Below, in pieces: positions 28,027-36,523 of a stretch of DNA of 64,000 nt. Position numbers and translations under genes: made by a program. This DNA comes from Candidatus Omnitrophota bacterium. GTDB lineage: Bacteria; Omnitrophota; Gorgyraeia; Zapsychrales; Zapsychraceae. Below the pieces are notes generated by a model that saw only the letters and a program-made list of their open reading frames with translations, was not told where the DNA came from and did not search any database. The stretch covers positions 71,530-135,529 of the forward strand of contig DATDQB010000001.1 of assembly GCA_035292445.1 (NCBI GenBank). The letters are read 5' to 3'. The stretch's first letter is position 1; every line of letters begins with the position of its first letter.

Positions 28027-28868
28027 AGGGATTTTGCCTTTACGGTTGTTAGTTGTTCTTTATCGATATGATAACTATGCGCCTCATCCGGAAAACGTTT
28101 TGTTTTTACTTCATGACAGTATTCCTTTAAAGCCGTTAAGATCACCTCGTCCAGATGCGCGTACTTCTTCGTAAACTTGGGCTGGAAAAGATCGACGTAT
28201 CCCAACAGGTCATGCGTGACCAATACCTGCCCGTCGCAGTGAACGCCGGCCCCGATGCCGATGGTCGGGATGGATAAAGTCTGCGTGATCATGCTGGCCA
28301 ACTCCATCGGGATACATTCCAGGACAACGCAAAAACATCCCGCCTCTTCCAACGCCTGCGCGTTGGCCATGATCTGCCGGGCACTTTGGGCGTCTTTCCC
28401 CTGGACCTTAAGCCCGCCCAAACGATCCGCCGTTTGCGGGGTCAACCCGACGTGGCCCATCACGGGAATGCCGGCCTGGATAATTTTTCTAACTACTTTT
28501 AAACATTGATCAAACCACTCCAGCTTGACGGCCTGGCAGCCCGCTTCCTCGATAAAACGCCTGGCATGGACAACGCTTGTCTCGATATTTTCTTGATAGG
28601 CTTCATACGGCATGTCGCCGACCAGCATAGCCTGCTTCACGGCCCTGTTAACGGCTTTGGCATGATGGATCATCTCGGCCATGCCGACATCTTTCGTTCT
28701 TTCCAATCCCAACACCACATTGGCCAACGAATCCCCGACCAAGACAATATCCGCCCCCGAACGGTCGATCAAGGAGGCCAAGGGATAATCATAAGCGGTG
28801 AGCATCACGATCTTCTCACCTTTTTTCTTTTTTTGAAGAATATCTTCTTTTGTTTTCCGTCCGCTCAT
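28023..28868 (-). CDS. panB: 3-methyl-2-oxobutanoate hydroxymethyltransferase
   Basis: MLTAYD, LVGDSL, GHVGLTPQ, TIGIGAG, DGQVLV. Confidence 0.96.
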   Translation of the reverse strand: MSGRKTKEDILQKKKKGEKIVMLTAYDYPLASLIDRSGADIVLVGDSLANVVLGLERTKDVGMAEMIHHAKAVNRAVKQAMLVGDMPYEAYQENIETSVVHARRFIEEAGCQAVKLEWFDQCLKVVRKIIQAGIPVMGHVGLTPQTADRLGGLKVQGKDAQSARQIMANAQALEEAGCFCVVLECIPMELASMITQTLSIPTIGIGAGVHCDGQVLVTHDLLGYVDLFQPKFTKKYAHLDEVILTALKEYCHEVKTKRFPDEAHSYHIDKEQLTTVKAKSL

Positions 28869-30229
28869 TTTTTTACCTGAAGAACAAATTGTTCGATACC
28901 GCGGGCCGCTTTTTTACCCGATGCCATCGCCTCCACCACCGGGCCGGCGTTGGTCATAACGTTGCCGCAGGCAAAAATCCCGCTCACAGACGTCATGAAC
29001 GTTGTTTGGTCGACCTTGATGGTACCGTCTTTATTTAACGCCAATTTGGAAGACAATTTGCTGACCAGCGAATTGGGGCGATGCCCGATGGCGATCACGA
29101 CCGTATCCACATCAATGATAAACTCCGAATCCGGCACAGGCTCAAGCTGCCACTGGTTATTTCCACCCGCATCCGCGTAATCCATCCGCACGCATTTTAA
29201 ACCAGCGACAAAATGATTCTGGTCCGCCAAAATTTCGACGGGCTTGGCCAACGGTTCAAAATGGATCCCCTCTTCTTTAGCCAAATCGCGCTCTTCGGCC
29301 CTAACGTACATTTCCTCCTCGGTGCGCCGGAAGATCAAGGTCACCTCGCCCCCCAGACGCCTGGCGCAACGGGCGCAATCAAGGGCCGTATTTCCGGAAC
29401 CGATGACGACAACTTTTTTGCCCACGATAAAATTGGATTGATTTCTGCCAAAGGGGGCTGATTTCGTCAAATTAACACGCATGAGAAATTCTTCTCCGTA
29501 ATAAACGCCGCCCAGATGAGCCCCGCGCAATTCCATAAATTTGGGGATCCCGGCTCCCATGGCCAGGAGGATTGCCTCATAACCGTCCTTCTTTAATTCA
29601 TCCAGGGTGATCGTCTGGCCGATAAAAATATTTGTTTGGATGTCAACCCCCAGCGCTTTGATCTCGTTGATCTCCTGGTCCAAGACCTTTCTGGGGATCC
29701 GGAATTCAGGGATCCCGTAGCGTAAAATCCCGCCGGGGCGGTCCAGCGATTCAAAAATGGTCACTTGAAATCCTTTTTGGGCGAGTTGGGCCGCGGCCGT
29801 CAACCCCGCCGGCCCGCTGCCAACGACAGCGATCTTTTTACCCTTATGTTCTTTGGCTTTTATGGGACGGGCCCGGCCGTTATCGCTGGCGTAGCGCTCC
29901 AACGCCCGGATGCCGATGGGCGCTTTTTCTTCATTCAAGACGCACGCGGCCTCGCATGGGGCCGAGCAGATGCGCCCGCAAACCGCCGGCAGCCAATTGG
30001 CTTCTTTAATGACCTGATACGCGTTGGCAACATCCCCTTCGCGTAAATAACGGATAAAACGAGGAATGGCAATGCCGAGCGGGCAATGTGCCATGCACAC
30101 CGGATCGGCGCACTGAGGGCAACGCGCCGCTTCCTCGGCGGCTATTCTTTTAGGATACCCGAGAGAAACCTCCTGAAAGTTACGGATTCGTTTCTCTGGG
30201 ACAGCTGTTGTAATTTTTGACCCTGCCAT
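28865..30229 (-). CDS. NfnB/SudA (GltD-like) large subunit of electron-bifurcating transhydrogenase
   Basis: CPQCADPVCMAHCP and CGRIC..CEAAC Fe-S motifs, VGSGPAG, YGIPEFR, IGSGNTALD. Confidence 0.85.
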   Translation of the reverse strand: MAGSKITTAVPEKRIRNFQEVSLGYPKRIAAEEAARCPQCADPVCMAHCPLGIAIPRFIRYLREGDVANAYQVIKEANWLPAVCGRICSAPCEAACVLNEEKAPIGIRALERYASDNGRARPIKAKEHKGKKIAVVGSGPAGLTAAAQLAQKGFQVTIFESLDRPGGILRYGIPEFRIPRKVLDQEINEIKALGVDIQTNIFIGQTITLDELKKDGYEAILLAMGAGIPKFMELRGAHLGGVYYGEEFLMRVNLTKSAPFGRNQSNFIVGKKVVVIGSGNTALDCARCARRLGGEVTLIFRRTEEEMYVRAEERDLAKEEGIHFEPLAKPVEILADQNHFVAGLKCVRMDYADAGGNNQWQLEPVPDSEFIIDVDTVVIAIGHRPNSLVSKLSSKLALNKDGTIKVDQTTFMTSVSGIFACGNVMTNAGPVVEAMASGKKAARGIEQFVLQVKK

Positions 30230-31020
30230 TGGTTGTGTCCCTCAAAGGCATTTAAACGGATTTTGTAATCTTTGAAATCCACCTGATGACCGTTGAACTC
30301 CGGCCCGTCGGTACAGACCAATACGGTCTTGCCGCCGATACGCACGCGGCAAGAGCCGCACATCCCCATGCAGTCGACCATCATGGGATTGAGCTGCACC
30401 AGTGTCTTGATTTTTTTCTTCTTTGTCATCTCGCAGACCGCTTCCATCATTTCAGCGGAGCCGATCGCGTAGACCAATTGGATGTCGCGGGTCTGTAGCA
30501 ACTGGCGCAGCACATCGGTTGCCAAGCCCCGGCGCTCATAGGAACCATCCTCGGTGGTGATGAAAATCTTCTCGCAGGCAACCCGCATCTGGGCCTCCAG
30601 CATCAGCTTCTTTTTTGTTTTGGCGCCGATCACCCCGATCACTTTATTGCCGGCTTGCCGCAGCGCGCGGGCGATAGGCAGGATCTGGGCGGAAGCGATG
30701 CCTGTTGCGATGCAAACCACTTCCCCTTTTCTTTCAATGGTGGCTGGATTTCCTAAAGGCCCGAGAATGGAAAAAAGGGATTCGTTGATGGGAAGGGCCC
30801 CCAACTTCTTCGTTGTTGCGCCGGCTTCATGAAAAATAAGAGAAATAATCCCCTTGGCCCGGTCACAATCGACGACAGTTAAAGGAACGCGCTCATCGCC
30901 TTCCTCGCAGCAGACACTCACAAATTGTCCGGCCTTGACGTTCTTGGCAACCCTCGGCGCGCGGATATCAAGACGCTTGATGCCTTCGGTTAATATAAGC
31001 TTATTGACGACCTCAAACAT
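30142..31020 (-). CDS. NfnA/SudB small subunit (FAD/NAD-binding, 2Fe-2S)
   Basis: AGQFV..ERVPLT, GPLG, MVDCMGMCGSCRV..CTDGPEF; paired with NfnB. Confidence 0.88.
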   Translation of the reverse strand: MFEVVNKLILTEGIKRLDIRAPRVAKNVKAGQFVSVCCEEGDERVPLTVVDCDRAKGIISLIFHEAGATTKKLGALPINESLFSILGPLGNPATIERKGEVVCIATGIASAQILPIARALRQAGNKVIGVIGAKTKKKLMLEAQMRVACEKIFITTEDGSYERRGLATDVLRQLLQTRDIQLVYAIGSAEMMEAVCEMTKKKKIKTLVQLNPMMVDCMGMCGSCRVRIGGKTVLVCTDGPEFNGHQVDFKDYKIRLNAFEGHNQWQGQKLQQLSQRNESVTFRRFLSGILKE

Positions 31021-32744
31021 TACGATTTTTCCAACGTTTTTATAAAATCCTTTAAGGGTTTCGTGTTAGCCACGTCCTCTTTGGTTAACCACGCCCGGCG
31101 GGCGATCTTAATGCCGAATTTCATATAATCCAGATGGCCAACATGATGGGCGTCGGTGTTGATCACGAATTGCACGCCCTGAGCTTTAGCAAAATAGGCG
31201 TTGGCTGAATTGAGATCGAGACGAACGGGAAATGAATTGATCTCCAACAAAACGCGATGGTCCACGGCCGCCTGACAAACCGCTTTGAAATCAACATTAT
31301 ACGGCTCGCGCTTGCCCAAATGCACCCCGAAGGGATGCGCGATCACGTTCACATATTTATGCTGACAAGCCTTAAGGAGCCTAGCCGTCAATTTCTTCGT
31401 ATCCTGCTCAAATCCTGAATGGATGGCCGCGATCACGATGTCAAACTCGCTTAATATTTTATCATTGTAATCCAAATCGCCTTCTGTGTCTATTTCTACT
31501 TCCGTCCCGAACAGCACGCGAAAGTCCTTGAGCCTTTTGTTGATGGTCTCGATCTCTTTTTTCTTCCTTTTAAGATCTTCCGGGCTAACGCCCCCCGCTA
31601 CCCGCAGCCGCGGGGAATGGTCGCTGATAGCTAAATACGAATACCCCCGCTGACGCGCCGCCGCCACCATTTCATCGATGGTGTTCCGGCCGTCCGAATA
31701 GGTCGAATGGACATGGATTTCGCCACAGATATCTTTTTCCTCGATCAACCGCGGCAACTTCTCGCCTTGGAAGATACGCTCTTCCCCAATTTCTTCGCGC
31801 AACTCCGGCGGCACAAAAGGAAGACCCAACGCCTTAAAGCATTCTTCTTCCGTTGCACAGGCCACGCGTGTTTCTTTTTCGCCGCTGACTTTAAAGACCC
31901 CGTATTCGTTGACTTTCAAATTTTTTTTGATCGCCAGCTGGCGCAGTTTGATATTGAAACTCTTCGATCCCGTAAAATATAAAAGAGCGGCTCCCCATTC
32001 GCTGGGATTGACGACCCGTAAATCGACCTGTTTATGTCCGTCGACCAAAACGGATGATTTTGTTTCCCCGAACGCGTTGACGGACTCTACCTGCGGCAAA
32101 TGCACGAACGCATCCATCACCTTCGCCGGTTTAGGGGAATCGATCAAAATATCAATGTCTCCGATGGTTTCTCTGCCCCGGCGCAGACTCCCGGCCGTTT
32201 CGATATGCTTCACTTCAGGCAATTGCTTAAGCGCCTGCATGATCGCATCCGCCAAACGGGTAGCCGTCCCCAAATTCATCCGCTCTTGGCCTTCCTGAAC
32301 GATCTTTATACCGCGCAAAATGTTTTCAACCGCCTTTTCCTTGAAGCCCTCCAGATTAAGGAGCTTGCCGCTTTCGGCCGCGCTCTTTAAATCCTCCACC
32401 GTTTTGATCTTTAATTTATCAAAGAACAGCTTGGCCTTCTTAGGGCCGACCGAAGGGATGTTCATGACATCCAAAACGCTTTCGGGAATTTCCTTGGCTA
32501 GATCTTGATAGGCCTTTATTTTACCCGTATCCAGATACTGGCCGATTTTTTCTTCCAGGGCCTTGCCGATGCCCGGAATGTCACCCAGGCGGTTCTCTTT
32601 TCTGATAGTCTCAATGTCTTCGCTCAAAGCTTCGATATTATCCGCCGCCTTGTAATAAGCGCGGACCTTGAAGACGAGTTCCCCCTTGATCTCAAGGAGA
32701 GTTCCCATCCGTCGGAAAATTTCGGCAACTTCCTGATTTTTCAT
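31020..32744 (-). CDS. polX: DNA polymerase X / PHP 3'-5' exonuclease
   Basis: HhH IPGIG, GSLRR, GDIDIL, QVDLR, YFTGSK; PHP HVHSTYSDG, SDH, NTDAH. Confidence 0.95.
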   Translation of the reverse strand: MKNQEVAEIFRRMGTLLEIKGELVFKVRAYYKAADNIEALSEDIETIRKENRLGDIPGIGKALEEKIGQYLDTGKIKAYQDLAKEIPESVLDVMNIPSVGPKKAKLFFDKLKIKTVEDLKSAAESGKLLNLEGFKEKAVENILRGIKIVQEGQERMNLGTATRLADAIMQALKQLPEVKHIETAGSLRRGRETIGDIDILIDSPKPAKVMDAFVHLPQVESVNAFGETKSSVLVDGHKQVDLRVVNPSEWGAALLYFTGSKSFNIKLRQLAIKKNLKVNEYGVFKVSGEKETRVACATEEECFKALGLPFVPPELREEIGEERIFQGEKLPRLIEEKDICGEIHVHSTYSDGRNTIDEMVAAARQRGYSYLAISDHSPRLRVAGGVSPEDLKRKKKEIETINKRLKDFRVLFGTEVEIDTEGDLDYNDKILSEFDIVIAAIHSGFEQDTKKLTARLLKACQHKYVNVIAHPFGVHLGKREPYNVDFKAVCQAAVDHRVLLEINSFPVRLDLNSANAYFAKAQGVQFVINTDAHHVGHLDYMKFGIKIARRAWLTKEDVANTKPLKDFIKTLEKS

Positions 32745-32750
32745 AAGACG

Positions 32751-32930
32751 TTAAAACACCCCGGGCGGCGGTTTGGGCAAGCGGGCGGCGAGATCTATCA
32801 ATTTTCCTAATATCTTGAACGTTCCTCCGATCAGCTCAGCGGGGATCGCTAAAAGTGAAGCGCACCCCGATAACGAGAACAAAAGCACCAAACAAAGAAA
32901 TAATTTCATCCAGCCCCGCGAACGTCTCAT
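32751..32930 (-). CDS. Small lipoprotein, 59 aa (not in ORF track)
   Basis: MRRSRGWMKLFLCLVLLFSLSG|CASLLAIPAELIGGTFKILGKLIDLAARLPKPPPGVF; LSGC lipobox; AGGAGG SD; fills the gap between DUF3352 and polX. Confidence 0.75.
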   Translation of the reverse strand: MRRSRGWMKLFLCLVLLFSLSGCASLLAIPAELIGGTFKILGKLIDLAARLPKPPPGVF

Positions 32931-32950
32931 TCCCCTCCTGCTTAATTCAT

Positions 32951-35044
32951 TTATGGCCTGACCATGAAAAGAAGCGTCGATTCGAAAACGTCCCCTTCTA
33001 TCGTGGTGCGCCCGGCAAAGGCGTTGATGGAATTCAAGCCGCTCAAAAACGGATACACTAAACTTTCCAACAACAACTGCCGCTTTTGCGAACTTAGCCC
33101 CGTTTCTTCGTAGCTTCCGATCAATTCCTCCAGTTCGGCCTTTTGGTCCTGCGAAGCCTGAAGGTCTTTCTTCTTGGTTTCCAAAGATTGTTCCAGAAGG
33201 CCGACGGCCTCAATAGAGGTTGGATCTTCCTCCGCCTGGAGCTGAGTTCCCGTCACCTGAACAGTCACCGAGCTTTTTTCTTTTTCCATCTCTTGGATGT
33301 CTTCTTGAAGCCGTTTGATATCGGCCAAAACGATATCAAGGCGCTGTTGACTTCCCGCCTGAAAAGCCTCGCGTTGCTTTTGCTGGCTCTCCGCCCAAAG
33401 ATTGGCCCATTCGATCATGTCTTCCAGCTTGTTGGCAAAGGCCGCCATCCGAACGTAAAAAACGTTGAGGTTCTCTTGCGTCAATCCGTCATCAATCTCT
33501 TTAAAAGCAGGATCCGCCGATAACGATGGCGCCTTACCAGTATAAGCGTCAATAGAATCTTTTAATACCTTCCGATTGATCGCCAGCAGCAAATAATTCT
33601 CCAAATAAGCATAACCCGGCTGGATGTCTTCCCCGCCCAACAGCGGGTTAATGTAATTGATCGTGACATCGGCATATTCTTCCTGTTGAAAAGCCAGCAA
33701 AGGAGTCCGCGTCAGCAAAGAAAGGATTTTATCCGTTTTGTTCTTGTCTTTAACCTCCACGAAGAATAAAAACTTAGGGATAGGAAACGGACCGCCGACC
33801 GAAATATCGGCCAAGTAACCGCCGAATTCGTCACCGAAGGCGGGAAGAACGTCATTTTCAATGCTTAGGCCTAACGTCGCCTCGATCTGTTGAACTTGTT
33901 CGGATATGTTGCCCCCGCCGCCATCAGCCTGTTTCTTGGCGAATTCTTTCAACACCTGGTCCCAATATTGTTCCAGATGAAAGCAACTGTTCCATTGATA
34001 TCCCATCACCCCCGGCGGCACAAGTTTGAGCGTCTTATTTAAAGTAGCTTCGCACGTGTAATAGCTGGCCAACTCGGGGCTAAGCTTGGTCCTGTCCATA
34101 AACATGTTGAATTGCAATTTGCTTAACGAATCGAAATGCCCTGATAAAGTAAACGTTTTAAAGCCGGCAACGGCCGCAAACGCTTGGTTAAGTTGCTCGG
34201 TTACTTGAGCCGCATCGGTTTCTTGCGCCTGCTGTGTCACCAACGAAGAAAGCGCCTCCACCTGGTCTTTCATAAAGGAAAGGAATATTTCCATATCCCA
34301 GTACAAAAAAAGCTCCCGGTCTTTGACGGAACGTTTCATGGCCTGGGTGAATTGGGCATCTTGCGCCAGCGAAGGGCGCTCTTTCTTAAAAACGTCGATG
34401 CATTTTTGGGCGGCCCGTTCTCCCACGGTGATGACCAAAAGGTCTTTCATGCGCACGTACGATAACCGAAGATTGGCCTGGGGAAAAAATACCGTCTGAA
34501 TCGTGAAATCCTTGTAATTCAGCGTTTCTTTTTTTGTATCCCCCCCGAAATCCTGAAACAGCCCCGAGAAAAACTCGGCCACTTGCACATCCGCAGGTAT
34601 CCGCGACACGATCAAAAGATTGGATAACGCATCGTCCATGAACGTCGATGTTGTCAAAACGGCCGGGTTGGACAAATCGCTAATCTTGATCGATATCGGA
34701 TAAACAATGACGGCAAATTCCTTCCCGAACAATTTATTCAGGATCAGCTGAGCTTGAGGGTCGGAGAGTTTAGATTGAATGCCCTGAAACAGCATAAGCT
34801 GTTGCGGATCGACCAAGCCCTGTTCCGCCAGCCGATTATAATCAATCTGGCTCATGCTTTGCCACAGCTGGCTGCGGCCCAAATGGTTAAGATTGCCTTC
34901 GACATTATCAAAATACGCGTACAGTTGCGCTTCCTGCGGAAGAACCTCTTCGATGGCCAATTCTTTTTTCTGGAATTTCACGACGACGACCGCCAAAACG
35001 CCGGCCACAACGATGGCAGCCAAAATAAAGACCAACTTTCTCAC
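32951..35044 (-). CDS. Membrane-anchored DUF3352-like protein with coiled-coil insertion
   Basis: N-terminal anchor; repeated alpha/beta modules (LFGKEFAV, LPAFGDEF, SLAQDAQF / SLSADPAF); heptad-rich segment near the C-terminus. Confidence 0.65.
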   Translation of the reverse strand: MRKLVFILAAIVVAGVLAVVVVKFQKKELAIEEVLPQEAQLYAYFDNVEGNLNHLGRSQLWQSMSQIDYNRLAEQGLVDPQQLMLFQGIQSKLSDPQAQLILNKLFGKEFAVIVYPISIKISDLSNPAVLTTSTFMDDALSNLLIVSRIPADVQVAEFFSGLFQDFGGDTKKETLNYKDFTIQTVFFPQANLRLSYVRMKDLLVITVGERAAQKCIDVFKKERPSLAQDAQFTQAMKRSVKDRELFLYWDMEIFLSFMKDQVEALSSLVTQQAQETDAAQVTEQLNQAFAAVAGFKTFTLSGHFDSLSKLQFNMFMDRTKLSPELASYYTCEATLNKTLKLVPPGVMGYQWNSCFHLEQYWDQVLKEFAKKQADGGGGNISEQVQQIEATLGLSIENDVLPAFGDEFGGYLADISVGGPFPIPKFLFFVEVKDKNKTDKILSLLTRTPLLAFQQEEYADVTINYINPLLGGEDIQPGYAYLENYLLLAINRKVLKDSIDAYTGKAPSLSADPAFKEIDDGLTQENLNVFYVRMAAFANKLEDMIEWANLWAESQQKQREAFQAGSQQRLDIVLADIKRLQEDIQEMEKEKSSVTVQVTGTQLQAEEDPTSIEAVGLLEQSLETKKKDLQASQDQKAELEELIGSYEETGLSSQKRQLLLESLVYPFLSGLNSINAFAGRTTIEGDVFESTLLFMVRP

Positions 35045-35059
35045 AATCCCCTCGCTTTC

Positions 35060-35833
35060 TTAATTAAAACGGAAAAAATCTTCAGCATTCTTATTGAGGA
35101 TGTCCAGGGCCTTGTGTTCCTCGAAATTCTTTAAAACACAATACGCTTTTAAGGTACGGAACACATCTTTGGGCTGCGCCTGGAATCCTTCATTCGTTTG
35201 CGGGTTCCTGTAAAAAACGGGACAGTCGGTTTCAATCAGCGTGCGTTCAATAGGGGCGTGGCGCATGGCCTCTTGAGATTGAGGGCTATACGCAACGCTG
35301 GGGCCCGTTGAAACATAATACCCGCTTTTTAAGAGCTCATCCAAAACATCCAGGGGGCCGCTGTACCAATGAAATTCGGCGCTTCTGACGCCAACGTCCA
35401 AAGCCGTTTGCAGGCATTCTTTCCACGCCCCGCGTGAATGGATCACTGCCGGAAGATGAAGGTCTTTGGCCACCTCCAACAATCTTCTGTACACTTGACG
35501 CTGTTCGTTCTTTTTGCCCTCATCCTTCTTGACCCATTTATACCAAAAATCCAAACCTATTTCACCTATGACATGAATATGGTCATGATGCTCGTAAATG
35601 AGCTTGACAATTTCATCCAGATCGGCAGGTTTGGCTTCCGAAGGATGCATCCCCAACCCCAAATAAATATGGGGGCGTTTATATTTGTTCTTTATTTCCA
35701 GATTCTTGCGGCAGCTGGCCAGATCCATGCTGATGGCGACGATCCCCGCGACCCCGGCTTCATGGGCGGCCTGAAGCGTCTCATCGAGGGCCTCCAGCTG
35801 GTCCAAATGGGCATGGGTATCGTAGATCTTCAT
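35060..35833 (-). CDS. tatD: TatD family nuclease
   Basis: DTHAHL, GMHP, IGEIGLD, IHSR, HWY, ETDCP. Confidence 0.92.
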   Translation of the reverse strand: MKIYDTHAHLDQLEALDETLQAAHEAGVAGIVAISMDLASCRKNLEIKNKYKRPHIYLGLGMHPSEAKPADLDEIVKLIYEHHDHIHVIGEIGLDFWYKWVKKDEGKKNEQRQVYRRLLEVAKDLHLPAVIHSRGAWKECLQTALDVGVRSAEFHWYSGPLDVLDELLKSGYYVSTGPSVAYSPQSQEAMRHAPIERTLIETDCPVFYRNPQTNEGFQAQPKDVFRTLKAYCVLKNFEEHKALDILNKNAEDFFRFN

Positions 35834-36276
35834 CTCGGCCGGCTTTCCACGATCAACGTGACCGGGCCCTCATTGACAAGCTGGACGTTCATCATCGCCC
35901 GAAATTGGCCGGAAGCGACGTTCATGCCCTGCTTCTTCAATTGCTCTATAAAAAAATCATACAATTTTTCCGCTTTTTGCGGATCGGCCGCGCGGTCAAA
36001 AGAAGGCCGCCGCCCTTTGCGGCAATCACCGTAAAGCGTAAATTGAGAAATAACAAGAAACGCGGCCCCGACTTCCTGCGGGGAAAGGTTTAAATTACCT
36101 TCTTTATCCTCAAACATCCGAAGCTGAATAAGCTTTTTCACCAAATAGTCGGCATCCGCCTCGCTGTCCTCTTTGCCGACGGCTAAAAAAACAAGAACAC
36201 CTTTACCGATTTGACCAACGATCCTGGAATCGACTGAAACGCTTGCTTGGCTGACTCTTTGAAGAACCGCTTTCAT
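35830..36276 (-). CDS. dtd: D-aminoacyl-tRNA deacylase
   Basis: MKAVLQRV, SQFTLYG, KGRRPSF, NEGPVT; start at ATG 36276 rather than 36441. Confidence 0.95.
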   Translation of the reverse strand: MKAVLQRVSQASVSVDSRIVGQIGKGVLVFLAVGKEDSEADADYLVKKLIQLRMFEDKEGNLNLSPQEVGAAFLVISQFTLYGDCRKGRRPSFDRAADPQKAEKLYDFFIEQLKKQGMNVASGQFRAMMNVQLVNEGPVTLIVESRPR

Positions 36277-36340
36277 ATGTAGAAAAGTATTATTCTTAAT
36301 AATACATATATTACTAAGAATTACAAGTCCTTTGTAATGA

Positions 36341-36441
36341 TTGACACATTCGGTGGCAAGCCTAAACTTTTCTCTCACTTGTGGTGAATTGATTCTGAAT
36401 CCTCCATAACTAGCATGCGGGCTTGCCGCTCTCAGTGTCAA
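36341..36441. repeat. Imperfect inverted repeat between the divergent dtd and helicase genes
   Basis: TTGACAC..GGTGGCAAGCC (36341-36362) pairs with GGCTTGCCGCT..GTGTCAA (36420-36441). Confidence 0.6.
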
Positions 36442-36487
36442 CCCTGAGAACGCCCTGTGCGATTAAAATATAAAGTGTTCGAATGGG

Positions 36488-36516
36488 TTGACAAGGCCCG
36501 ACAATTGTGTTAGAAA
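36488..36516 (+). promoter_or_regulatory. Sigma70 promoter of the helicase, predicted leaderless
   Basis: TTGACA-17 nt-TAGAAA with an extended TG; ATG 7 nt downstream; no SD. Confidence 0.6.
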
Positions 36517-36523
36517 AACCGTT

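Noticed and set aside
36277-36441. 55-aa N-terminal extension of Dtd in the ORF track
   Set aside because: The family starts at MKAVLQRV; the extension crosses AT-rich intergenic DNA and its TTG is part of a TTGACA box.
36476-36493. Possible LexA box (TGTTC half-site) before the helicase
   Set aside because: The second half-site does not match a TGTTC-N4-GAACA or GAAC-N4-GTTC palindrome.
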